Assembly: GCF_001545095.1 (NCBI RefSeq)
Contig: NZ_CP013213.1
Coordinates: forward strand, 2,130,001 to 2,162,000
DNA from: Erysipelothrix larvae
GTDB lineage: Bacteria; Bacillota_I; Bacilli_A; Erysipelotrichales; Erysipelotrichaceae
Direction: 5' to 3'
DNA: 32,000 nucleotides
The position numbers were made by a program, and so were the translations under genes. The notes beneath the pieces were generated by a model that searched no databases, was not told where the DNA came from, and saw nothing but the letters and a program-made list of their open reading frames with translations. Numbering within the stretch: the first letter of the stretch is position 1; the number at the start of each line of letters is the position of its first letter. This document shows positions 24,945 through 32,000 of this stretch, piece after piece.

Positions 24945-26693
24945 ATGTATACATGGTCACTTGATGAACTCTATCGTGCATACGATGAAACATTCGATGC
25001 GGATATAGAATTGATCGAATCAAAAATTGAAGCGCTTGACGCTTTATCTCAGGATTTAAAAGACTGCGACAGTCTTGTTTCATGGCTTGAAACCTTATCA
25101 GACCTTGAAACATTAGGGGGACGTATCGCATCATTTGTACACCTTAACATGGCAACAAATACAACCGATACACAAAGTGCAGGTTATGCAGGGAAGATCA
25201 GTCTTATTTTTAGTAAACTATCTGCACCAACTGCACGATTTAAAACATGGTTTATCAGTCAAAAGGATCACTTCGATGAGTGGGCAAGCACTCATGAATT
25301 GGTAAATGAGCACCGCTTCATCCTTCAAGAAATCATTGATAAAGCAGCGTATAACTTATCCGAAGATGTTGAAAACGCAATCAGCTTGATGAACATCAAC
25401 GCTGCAAGTGCATGGAGCACACTTCAAAGTCACTTAACCTCAGTTACAACCATTGAAAAAGAAGGTGAAACATACACACTCTCATCAATTCGTAACTTGG
25501 CGTATGACGAAGACAGTGAAACCCGTAAAAAGGCTTACCAAACTGAACTTGAGCTGTATCCAAAGATTGAAGACAGTGTTGCTTTTGCCTTAAACAGCAT
25601 TAAAGGACAAGTTAACCTCACCAGTGATTTAAGAGGGTATGACAGTCCAATTCAAAAGACACTTTTCGATTCACGCATGTCTCAAAAGACATTGGATGCT
25701 TTATTGAATTCCATTGAATCCTACTTCGGTGAATTCAGACGCTACTTAAAACATAAAGCAACACTACTGGGTCATGAAAACGGATTGCCTTGGTATGATT
25801 TATTTGCACCGTATAAGCTTGAGAACCCAAAAACATATTCTGTTGAAGACTCCCATAAAATCATTGTGGAAAGCTTTGCGGATTTCTCAGAAGATCTCAG
25901 CCACATGGCAGATCGTGCTTACAAAGAAAATTGGATTGACTTTCTACCTCGCAAAGGAAAACGCGATGGTGCATTTTGTTCAAACCTTTCCTTTATTAAA
26001 CAAAGCCGCGTGCTGACTAATTATGGTGGAACAATGTCAGACATTGTGACCATTGCACACGAACTTGGTCATGCTTACCATGGGATGATGATTGAAGACA
26101 ATGCCATTCTCAATACGGACTATACGATGCCTGTTGCGGAAACAGCATCCACATTCTGTGAGAACATCGTCTTAAACGCTGCATTAAAAACTGCCAGCGA
26201 CGAAGAAAAAATTCTACTCTTAGAAAACTCACTTCAAGACTTAACACAAATTACTGTCGACATTCTTTCTCGCTTTAAGTTTGAATACAATGTCTTAGAA
26301 AGACGTAAAGATCAGTTCCTCTTTGCAGATGATCTTAAAGCAATCATGGTTCAAGCACAAAAGGATACCTATGGTGATGGGGTTGACCCTGATACCTACC
26401 ACCCTTATATGTGGTTATGTAAAGGACACTACTACAGTGCTGGACTCAACTTCTACAACTTCCCATACGCATTTGGGGGTCTATTTGCACTGGGTCTTTA
26501 TGCTCAATTTGAAAAAGAAGGCGAAGCATTTGTACCAAAATACCGTAACCTTCTTAAGAGCACACCTACAGCAACTTGTGAAGATGTTGCCCTTCTTGCA
26601 GACATCGATGTCAGTGATGAAGCATTCTGGAAACAAAGCCTTGAGCTTGTGAAACAACGCATTGACCTCTACATTGAACTGACCAGTAAGTAA
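24945..26693 (+). CDS. pepF: Oligoendopeptidase F family (M3B zinc metallopeptidase), 582 aa
   Basis: HEXXH motif in TIAHELGHAYHG with a downstream Glu (PVAETAS). I chose the ATG at 24945 (MYTWSLDELY), with AGGAGG 6 nt upstream. The ORF-track start at 24825 would include the promoter. Confidence 0.88.
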   Translation: MYTWSLDELYRAYDETFDADIELIESKIEALDALSQDLKDCDSLVSWLETLSDLETLGGRIASFVHLNMATNTTDTQSAGYAGKISLIFSKLSAPTARFKTWFISQKDHFDEWASTHELVNEHRFILQEIIDKAAYNLSEDVENAISLMNINAASAWSTLQSHLTSVTTIEKEGETYTLSSIRNLAYDEDSETRKKAYQTELELYPKIEDSVAFALNSIKGQVNLTSDLRGYDSPIQKTLFDSRMSQKTLDALLNSIESYFGEFRRYLKHKATLLGHENGLPWYDLFAPYKLENPKTYSVEDSHKIIVESFADFSEDLSHMADRAYKENWIDFLPRKGKRDGAFCSNLSFIKQSRVLTNYGGTMSDIVTIAHELGHAYHGMMIEDNAILNTDYTMPVAETASTFCENIVLNAALKTASDEEKILLLENSLQDLTQITVDILSRFKFEYNVLERRKDQFLFADDLKAIMVQAQKDTYGDGVDPDTYHPYMWLCKGHYYSAGLNFYNFPYAFGGLFALGLYAQFEKEGEAFVPKYRNLLKSTPTATCEDVALLADIDVSDEAFWKQSLELVKQRIDLYIELTSK

Positions 26694-26698
26694 TTGTT

Positions 26699-27226
26699 AT
26701 GCAAAAAATAAAAACACAAAAAGTCTATGAAGGGGTGATTGTGGATGTATCGATGGATACCTTCGATATAGGCGATCATCAAACATTTACTGCTGAAGTT
26801 GTGAATCATCCAGGGGGTGTTTGTATTGCGGCATCACCCGATGACAACACATCGTTCTTAATGGTTAAACAATTTCGCTTTGGCGCAAACAAAGAACTCC
26901 TAGAATTTCCTGCAGGATTGATTGATCCTCATGAACCCCATGAACAATCAGCACTTCGTGAACTTGAAGAGGAAACCGGCTACAAAGCACACGCATTGGT
27001 CTACCTCGGTCAGCTTTATTTATCACCAGGTGGTTCTGATGAAGTGATTCATATGTACTATGCATATGACCTTGAGAAAACACAACAAAACCTTGATGAA
27101 ACGGAATCATTAAGTGTTGAACTTGTATCACTAGACCATTTAATTCAAGACATCCACAAAGGATATATTGAAGATGGGAAAACAGTGGCACTTGCATTAA
27201 AAGTAAAAGCATATATTGAGCAATAA
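26699..27226 (+). CDS. NUDIX hydrolase (ADP-ribose pyrophosphatase-like)
   Basis: Nudix box GLIDPHEPHEQSALRELEEETGY (GX5EX7REUXEEXGU). Starts 5 nt after the pepF stop. Confidence 0.85.
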   Translation: MQKIKTQKVYEGVIVDVSMDTFDIGDHQTFTAEVVNHPGGVCIAASPDDNTSFLMVKQFRFGANKELLEFPAGLIDPHEPHEQSALRELEEETGYKAHALVYLGQLYLSPGGSDEVIHMYYAYDLEKTQQNLDETESLSVELVSLDHLIQDIHKGYIEDGKTVALALKVKAYIEQ

Positions 27227-27247
27227 AAATTAGAATTAACACAAGAT

Positions 27248-27278
27248 AGGGTGCTGTTTTATACACAAACAGCACCCT
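27248..27278 (+). terminator. Strong hairpin terminating pepF-nudix
   Basis: AGGGTGCTGTTT-tatacac-AAACAGCACCCT, a 12-bp perfect stem. The trailing U tract is weak (TCAATTT). Confidence 0.6.
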
Positions 27279-27368
27279 TCAATTTAGATGAATTCACTTA
27301 ACGAAACTCCAATTTTGATTTCCTTTGATTTCTACGACCGTACTGTTCAGATATTTATACAAAAAGGT

Positions 27369-27397
27369 TTGTCATCGTTCGGGGATTTTGCTATAAT
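27369..27397 (+). promoter_or_regulatory. tRNA-Ser promoter TTGTCA-17-TATAAT
   Basis: Sequence TTGTCAtcgttcggggattttgcTATAAT, 12 nt before the tRNA 5' end. Confidence 0.6.
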
Positions 27398-27409
27398 AAA
27401 TGAGCACTT

Positions 27410-27497
27410 GGAGAATTGGCCGAGCGGCTTAAGGCACCATCTTGGAAAGGTGGCGAAGTGTATGCTTCCGTGGGTTCGAATCCCATGTTCTCCGCCA
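27410..27497 (+). tRNA. tRNA-Ser (anticodon GGA), class II with long variable arm, CCA encoded
   Basis: Folded by hand. Acceptor GGAGAAT pairs with GTTCTCC. Anticodon stem CCATC/GGTGG has loop TTGGAAA. Variable arm is CGAAGTGTATGCTTCCG. T-arm is GGGTTCGAATCCC. Discriminator G plus CCA. Confidence 0.9.
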
Positions 27498-27507
27498 TAT
27501 TGCGTTT

Positions 27508-27532
27508 AACCCACTGTTTAGTGGGTTTTTTA
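27508..27532 (+). terminator. tRNA-Ser terminator
   Basis: AACCCACT-gttt-AGTGGGTT followed by TTTT. Confidence 0.75.
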
Positions 27533-27745
27533 ATACTTTTTTATCGAGTGAGAAGATTTTGAGAAGATTAATTCTATCGTTATACAACAATAAATGTACA
27601 AGACTACTCCTTTATATATTAAGAATAGATGCGCTGCTTGAACTAACATAAGTGACGGATACGCTTAATTATCCAAATCAATCCTTAAACAGTATCTTGC
27701 TATCCGTTCTAATAATATACACTTTTCAGCTCGTAAATCTTAAAT

Positions 27746-27946
27746 TTAAAAATCACCCTTTGCCCGCGCATAATGTTCTTTTATTTCTTTGAAACTTGTC
27801 TGTTTTGGTTTCTCCGATTGTTTATAACTAATAACATCCTTGAAACTCTTAAAGGTACGTCCTGCATAGATAATCGTCTTTACACCTTTTTCATCAACCT
27901 CTACAAGCGCTTCTGTATGATGCTTGTATGTATTAATCACACTCAT
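27746..27946 (-). CDS. Small hydrophilic protein, 66 aa, unknown function
   Basis: ORF track. Strong RBS GGAGG 7 nt before the ATG. About 94-nt 5' UTR downstream of the operator-bearing promoter at 28047-28079. Confidence 0.65.
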   Translation of the reverse strand: MSVINTYKHHTEALVEVDEKGVKTIIYAGRTFKSFKDVISYKQSEKPKQTSFKEIKEHYARAKGDF

Positions 27947-27983
27947 ATAATCGCCTCCATATTTTACGCGTCCAGAATACAGG

Positions 27984-28006
27984 TGTTCATGATGTCATCT
28001 TGAACA
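27984..28006 (-). promoter_or_regulatory. 23-nt near-perfect palindrome or 5' UTR hairpin: TGTTCAaGATG-a-CATCaTGAACA
   Basis: Arms of 11 nt with one A-A mismatch. Located in the leader between the predicted -10 and the RBS of the 66-aa gene. Confidence 0.4.
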
Positions 28007-28046
28007 TCTCTACCGTAAGTCTTTGGACTTTTGTGTCTATATGGTG

Positions 28047-28079
28047 ATCATACCAAGAGTATACGACAGTTATAGTCGT
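28047..28079 (-). promoter_or_regulatory. Second copy of the WYL-operon promoter-operator module: ACGACTATAACTGTCGTATACT, 5 nt, then TATGAT (TGG precedes it, extended -10)
   Basis: The reverse strand ACGACTATAACTGTCGTATACTCTTGGTATGAT aligns with ACGACTGAAACTGTCGTATACTTATACTATAAT at 1106-1138. 20/22 positions are identical in the core, and the 5-nt gap to the -10 is the same. Confidence 0.55.
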
Positions 28080-28221
28080 CAACTTCAATTAGTCCCTCGT
28101 TTTTATCATCTTCTTTCAATATGTCAGGAATGTTCTGTATCTTGTTTATATTTAGCTCGATACGTTTTAGGAAAGTGTTGAGACTGGTTGTTTTTGGTTT
28201 GGAGTTACCAAAACGTCCCAT
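28048..28221 (-). CDS. Questionable 57-aa ORF (below ORF-track cutoff) whose 3' end contains the operator
   Basis: My translation: MGRFGNSKPKTTSLNTFLKRIELNINKIQNIPDILKEDDKNEGLIEVDDYNCRILLV. GGTGA lies 4 nt before the ATG. No recognisable family; it may be non-coding or a gene remnant. Confidence 0.2.
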   Translation of the reverse strand: MGRFGNSKPKTTSLNTFLKRIELNINKIQNIPDILKEDDKNEGLIEVDDYNCRILLV

Positions 28222-28338
28222 TTGTTCACCAAGGATTGATTAATCATGATCCATTATCATAGATTGTATGATCCTCTGGCTATTTTTTTAACAAGTCTCT
28301 CAATAAATAATGTATAATATGCCTAGAGGTGATTTACT

Positions 28339-29178
28339 GTGATTTTACTAACCGACCGCTTAAAGGAAGCTGAAGCTTTTTCTGATTCTGAAAAAGTCAT
28401 TGCTGCCTATATCTTAGAAAACCCCCATAAGACAACAAATATGACAATCCACGATCTTGCGGAGGCAACTTATTCAAGTGCCGCAACCATTACACGTTTT
28501 TGCAGGAAAGTGAAAACCGATGGATTTTCAGAATTTAAGATTTTACTAGCAAGTGAGTTAAGTACATCAAACTTAACGCGAACACGTATCCACGATAATG
28601 TTCCTTTTGCCCCCAATGATTCTTCAAACACAGTTGTGAAAAACATTCTTAATTTGAACATTCAAGCAATGATGGACACCTATAATAAACTTGATATTCA
28701 TGAGCTTGAAGAAGTTGCGAAGCTCTTAGTTGAAACAGAGCGTATCCATGTATATGGGAGCGGTCAATCACTGTTAATTGCTCAAGACTTTCAGTATAAA
28801 CTGTTACGCATTGGTGTAAGTGTTACGGTTGAAACTCAAAATGGATTCCAATTGATGAGTTCATTAACACAATCACCAGATAGTGTTGCATTCGTTGTTT
28901 CATACTATGGTTCAAGTGGTGAAAATATCCGAATTATGCAGGCACTTAAAAAGAATGGCGTCAAAACCATCCTTCTTACAGGGCCGCAAGAAAACCCACT
29001 ATCAAAATTGGCAGATAAAGTCATCCACGTTCCACCCCAAGAAGAACTCATCCATAAAATGGCGGCATTCTCTTCTCGTGCAGCAATGCAACTGGTTATC
29101 GACTTATTGTTTGCGCTGATGTTCTCATTGAATTATGATAAGTATCAACAACTCCTAAAATTTGCATCAAACTACTAA
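28339..29178 (+). CDS. RpiR/MurR-family transcriptional regulator (HTH_6 + SIS domain)
   Basis: N-terminal SDSEKVIAAYILENPHKTTNMTIHDLAEATYSSAATITRFCRKVKTDGFSEFK, and a SIS region RIHVYGSGQSLLIAQDF. GTG start with AGAGGTGA 6 nt upstream. Confidence 0.88.
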   Translation: MILLTDRLKEAEAFSDSEKVIAAYILENPHKTTNMTIHDLAEATYSSAATITRFCRKVKTDGFSEFKILLASELSTSNLTRTRIHDNVPFAPNDSSNTVVKNILNLNIQAMMDTYNKLDIHELEEVAKLLVETERIHVYGSGQSLLIAQDFQYKLLRIGVSVTVETQNGFQLMSSLTQSPDSVAFVVSYYGSSGENIRIMQALKKNGVKTILLTGPQENPLSKLADKVIHVPPQEELIHKMAAFSSRAAMQLVIDLLFALMFSLNYDKYQQLLKFASNY

Positions 29179-29205
29179 ACAAAGACGAAAGTTTTTGTTT
29201 TTTTT
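29178..29205 (+). terminator. rpiR terminator
   Basis: AACAAAGAC-GAAA-GTTTTTGTT (9 bp including one G-U, GAAA tetraloop) followed by T6. Confidence 0.6.
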
Positions 29206-29215
29206 ATCAACACAT

Positions 29216-29241
29216 AAGAAAACCCCATCAAGAAGATGAGG
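29216..29241 (-). terminator. Terminator of the GH4 gene
   Basis: Reverse strand reads CCUCAUC-uucuu-GAUGGGG followed by UUUUCUU, 10 nt after the stop. Confidence 0.6.
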
Positions 29242-29251
29242 TCTACGTTTA

Positions 29252-30610
29252 TTATTTGCTTTCTAAAGCTTCAATTGTTTCTTTGAATTGTGGTAAGTAA
29301 TCTTTGTTTTCAATCAACATTTCATTCAACATTTCAAGTGCTTTTTCACCTGAACGAATTAATGGATTAATTGTGAATGCTTGGATTGCTTTTGCATAGC
29401 TTCCACTTACTGCAGCTTCAATAACAACTTCTTCCATTGCTTTCATAAGTTGAAGTTGACCGCGCGCAGCTGAAGGGAATGATCCCCAGTTGTATGGTTC
29501 TGCTCCGTGTGCTGTAATTACACTGGACACTTCCACAATACAGTCATATGGTAAGTCTGTGATTGTTCCATTGTTTTGTGTTGAAACAACCATTACAGTG
29601 CGTGAATCATTCGCAATCGATGCAATTAATTCACATGCAGCATCTGAGTAGTGTGCACCACCACGTTTTGATAATTGTTCTGGTTTGTAGTTAAGCTTAG
29701 GATCTTTGTAAAGTTCAAAGAGTTCTGCTTCAGTTTTCTTAACAACTTGTGCACGTGTTTCGCCTTTTTCATATGCTTCAAGTGCTTCTTCAAGCATCCC
29801 TTCTTCAATATAGTAATAACGGTGGTATCCACATGGAATCATACCAAGGTCTTTTACTTGTTCCATTGAGAAGTTAAGTGCTTTGATGTTCTTAACCATA
29901 TGTTTCTTCGTGATTTCACTTTCAGGATCCATCAATACATCAATGATGTCTTGTGTTACTTCACGACCATCAACATCCCATACACGATGCCAGTGGAAGT
30001 GGTTCAACCCTGCATACTTATGGAATAGTTTTTCATCATCTTTGTCATAACCCATTGCTTCATGGTTCATCTTATAAGAACCAATTGGTACATTACAAAG
30101 TCCAACAGTGCGTTTCCATCCACCTACTTTGATTGCAGCTTCTGTCACCATACCTGCTGGGTTTGTAAAGTTAACAAGCCATGCATCAGGACAAAGTTCT
30201 TTCATATCTTTAATAATATCTAAAATTACAGGAATTGTTCTAAATGCTTTGAAGATTCCGCCAGCACCATTTGTTTCTTGCCCTAACATACCATACTTAG
30301 CTGGAATTCTTTCATCGCGAATTCGCGCATCAAGGAGCCCTACACGGAATTGTGTTGTCACGAAATCCGCATCTTTTAATGCTTCACGACGGTTTAGTGT
30401 CAAATGAACATCCCAATCAAGACCTGCAGCTTCAACCATACGTTTCGCCATTGCGCCAACGATTTCAAGTTTTTCACGCCCGTCTTCAATATCAACCAAC
30501 CAAATTTCGCGAATGTTCAAGCGATCTTGACGATTAATAAGTCCTTCAAATAATTCTGGTGTATAACTGCTTCCACCACCGATAGTAACAATCTTTAGTT
30601 TCTTACTCAT
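29252..30610 (-). CDS. celF: Glycoside hydrolase family 4 6-phospho-beta-glucosidase (ChbF/CelF/LicH-like, NAD+/Mn2+-dependent)
   Basis: MSKKLKIVTIGGGSSYTPELFEGLI...REALKDADFVTTQFRVG...GQETNGAGG...NFTNPAGMVTEA...RGGAHYSDAACELI matches E. coli ChbF, as I remember it, block for block. Confidence 0.9.
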   Translation of the reverse strand: MSKKLKIVTIGGGSSYTPELFEGLINRQDRLNIREIWLVDIEDGREKLEIVGAMAKRMVEAAGLDWDVHLTLNRREALKDADFVTTQFRVGLLDARIRDERIPAKYGMLGQETNGAGGIFKAFRTIPVILDIIKDMKELCPDAWLVNFTNPAGMVTEAAIKVGGWKRTVGLCNVPIGSYKMNHEAMGYDKDDEKLFHKYAGLNHFHWHRVWDVDGREVTQDIIDVLMDPESEITKKHMVKNIKALNFSMEQVKDLGMIPCGYHRYYYIEEGMLEEALEAYEKGETRAQVVKKTEAELFELYKDPKLNYKPEQLSKRGGAHYSDAACELIASIANDSRTVMVVSTQNNGTITDLPYDCIVEVSSVITAHGAEPYNWGSFPSAARGQLQLMKAMEEVVIEAAVSGSYAKAIQAFTINPLIRSGEKALEMLNEMLIENKDYLPQFKETIEALESK

Positions 30611-30751
30611 AGTGTTCCTCCTGGTTTTTCATAAACTCATTGTAACGGTTGAATCCACTGTAAATCAATTAAATCCGCTAATTTGCACCATGATTTCACA
30701 ATTTACTTCTTAGTGCTAAGAGTCATGAAATTTATTTCCACAAGGGTGTGC

Positions 30752-30757
30752 TATAAT
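30752..30757 (+). promoter_or_regulatory. Extended -10 (TGC-TATAAT) for the lactonase gene
   Basis: Sequence gtgTGCTATAAT, 24 nt before the ATG. The -35 is poor. Confidence 0.4.
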
Positions 30758-30781
30758 AATCTCAAAAGGGAGGCTTTACTA

Positions 30782-31750
30782 ATGCACAAAGTATTTATTG
30801 GTACCTATACAAAGAAAGACAGTAAGGGTATATATACCGCAGATTTTGATTCAAACACCGGGACACTTGGCAATCTTTCATTGCTTGTGGAAACAAATAA
30901 CCCTACATATCTGGACACACATAAACCAACAAACCGTTTGTTTAGTGTTGCGGATGTGAATGGACAAGGGGGAATTCATGTATTTGATTTAAACACAACA
31001 CCACCAACACAGGTAGCTACATATGCTCAAGATGGAAATCCACCATGTTATGTACATTATGATGAAGCTACAGACACTACCTTTGACGCAAACTATCACA
31101 TGGGACTCGTTCATGCGTATGAAAAAGGTCTTTTAGATAAAACGTTGCATTATGGTGAAGGGTCTCATGCTCACTATGTAAGAACCCATCCACATACAAA
31201 AGATTTGTATGTGTGTGATTTAGGTCTTGATATGGTTCATAAGTATCGTTTACTCAATGAGATTTCAACCTATATTACACCTAAAGGATTTGGACCGCGT
31301 CACATCGCATTCCATCCAACTCAACCTGTAATCTATGTGTTTGGTGAACTTTCAAGTGAAATCATTGTATTAAAAGATGATGAGTTTGAATTCACTCACA
31401 TCCAAACACTCTCCACACTCCCTGCATCACAACAAGACGTGAAAAGTGGGGCAGCAATTCGCATTTCTGATGATGGAAGATTTGTGTATGCATCAAATCG
31501 TGGTCATGATTCAATCAGTGTCTTTGAAGTCAATGATGATGCTTCATTAACAATGATTCAAAACATTACTGCTGGGGGAAAACACCCGCGTGATTTCGAC
31601 ATCACACCTGATCAAGGTTACTTACTTGTTGCGAATAAAGACACCGATAACATCAGTGTCCTAAAACGTGATAAAGAAAGCGGACTTCTTGAAGTTGTTT
31701 CAACCGATTTCAACGCTCCTGAAGCAGTGTGTGTACATTTCATACGATAA
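30782..31750 (+). CDS. pgl: Lactonase family protein (7-bladed beta-propeller, 6-phosphogluconolactonase-like), 322 aa
   Basis: MHKVFIGTYTKKDSKGIY... and ...GPRHIAFHP..., ...RFVYASNRGHDSISVF..., ...GKHPRDFDITPDQGYLLVANKDTDNISV are typical of YbhE/YkgB-type lactonases. I chose the ATG at 30782, with AAGGGAGG upstream. Confidence 0.85.
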   Translation: MHKVFIGTYTKKDSKGIYTADFDSNTGTLGNLSLLVETNNPTYLDTHKPTNRLFSVADVNGQGGIHVFDLNTTPPTQVATYAQDGNPPCYVHYDEATDTTFDANYHMGLVHAYEKGLLDKTLHYGEGSHAHYVRTHPHTKDLYVCDLGLDMVHKYRLLNEISTYITPKGFGPRHIAFHPTQPVIYVFGELSSEIIVLKDDEFEFTHIQTLSTLPASQQDVKSGAAIRISDDGRFVYASNRGHDSISVFEVNDDASLTMIQNITAGGKHPRDFDITPDQGYLLVANKDTDNISVLKRDKESGLLEVVSTDFNAPEAVCVHFIR

Positions 31751-31755
31751 CACTA

Positions 31756-31780
31756 AGAACCCACTTGGGTTCTTTTATTT
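31756..31780 (+). terminator. Terminator of the lactonase gene
   Basis: AGAACCC-actt-GGGTTCT followed by TTTTATTTTT. Confidence 0.75.
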
Positions 31781-31833
31781 TTATACGGTTCAATTTAGGT
31801 TATAATATTCTTATTATAAATTAGGAGGATTTT

Positions 31834-32000
31834 ATGTTCATCATCGGTTGTCATCAATCATTTTCTAAAGGCTATGCTCACCTTGCAACAGAAGCCAAGT
31901 CAATCAACGCCAATACATTTCAGTTTTTCACACGGAGCCCACGGGGTGGTAAAGCAAAACCTCTAAACATTGAGGATATCCATCAATTCAATACACTTGC
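31834..32000 (+). CDS. nfo: Endonuclease IV (deoxyribonuclease IV), N-terminal 55 codons; continues past the right edge
   Basis: My translation: MFIIGCHQSFSKGYAHLATEAKSINANTFQFFTRSPRGGKAKPLNIEDIHQFNTL. It fits the IGxHxS...A..fQiFt..Pr pattern of Nfo. RBS AGGAGG 6 nt upstream. Confidence 0.7.
   Translation, partial: MFIIGCHQSFSKGYAHLATEAKSINANTFQFFTRSPRGGKAKPLNIEDIHQFNTL

Noticed and set aside
26865-27651. ORFs 26865-27275 (minus strand), 27288-27509 and 27442-27651 (plus strand)
   Set aside because: The first is antisense to the NUDIX gene. The other two run through the tRNA-Ser gene and its terminator.
27984-28006. LexA (Cheo box) site in the leader of the 66-aa gene
   Set aside because: The Gram-positive SOS box is GAAC-N4-GTTC. 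Here the half-sites are in the opposite order with a much longer spacer (GTTC...GAAC).
27498-28338. Intact genomic island or prophage at tRNA-Ser
   Set aside because: There is no integrase, no visible duplication of the tRNA 3' end, and only 0.8 kb of DNA. At most it is a remnant, and it is reported as a low-confidence finding instead.
30611-30781. CcpA cre site (TGTAACGGTTGAAT region) between the GH4 and lactonase genes
   Set aside because: It is out of register with the cre consensus TGNAANCGNTNNCA: the base between AA and CG is missing. It is not a convincing match.

Overview
Chromosomal window from a low-GC Gram-positive bacterium. The 16S sequence looks Firmicutes/Erysipelotrichia-like to me, but I could not run a search to confirm. 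Most genes are on the minus strand.

Layout, left to right:
- 1-1141: the 5' part of a WYL-domain regulator gene, translationally coupled (ATGA overlap) to an upstream unknown 183-aa gene. The pair is driven by a promoter carrying a perfect TATACGAC-N7-GTCGTATA palindrome.
- 1528-13055: two near-identical 5S-23S-16S rRNA operons, arranged as 5.16-kb direct repeats. They bracket a 1.2-kb AT-rich insert that encodes a 187-aa 3-TM protein resembling Pycsar (PycTM/DUF5706) effectors, plus a possible 59-aa 2-TM peptide.
- 13222-21873: a complete nine-gene Enterococcus-hirae-type V-ATPase (ntp) operon, headed by a TetR-family regulator with a palindromic operator.
- 21958-24605: a COG2984/COG4120/COG1101 ABC importer preceded by a terminator/antiterminator leader.
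- 24945-27226: pepF (M3B oligoendopeptidase) and a NUDIX hydrolase.
- 27410-27497: tRNA-Ser(GGA).
- 27498-28338: an AT-rich islet with a 66-aa gene whose promoter repeats the WYL-operon promoter-operator module at identical spacing.
- 28339-32000: an RpiR regulator, a GH4 6-phospho-beta-glucosidase, a lactonase/Pgl-like beta-propeller, and the start of endonuclease IV.

The most interesting signal is a putative WYL-regulator (DriD-like) mini-regulon linking the two ends of the window. Next is the orphan PycTM-like membrane effector sitting between the two rRNA operons. No CRISPR array, transposase or integrase is visible.
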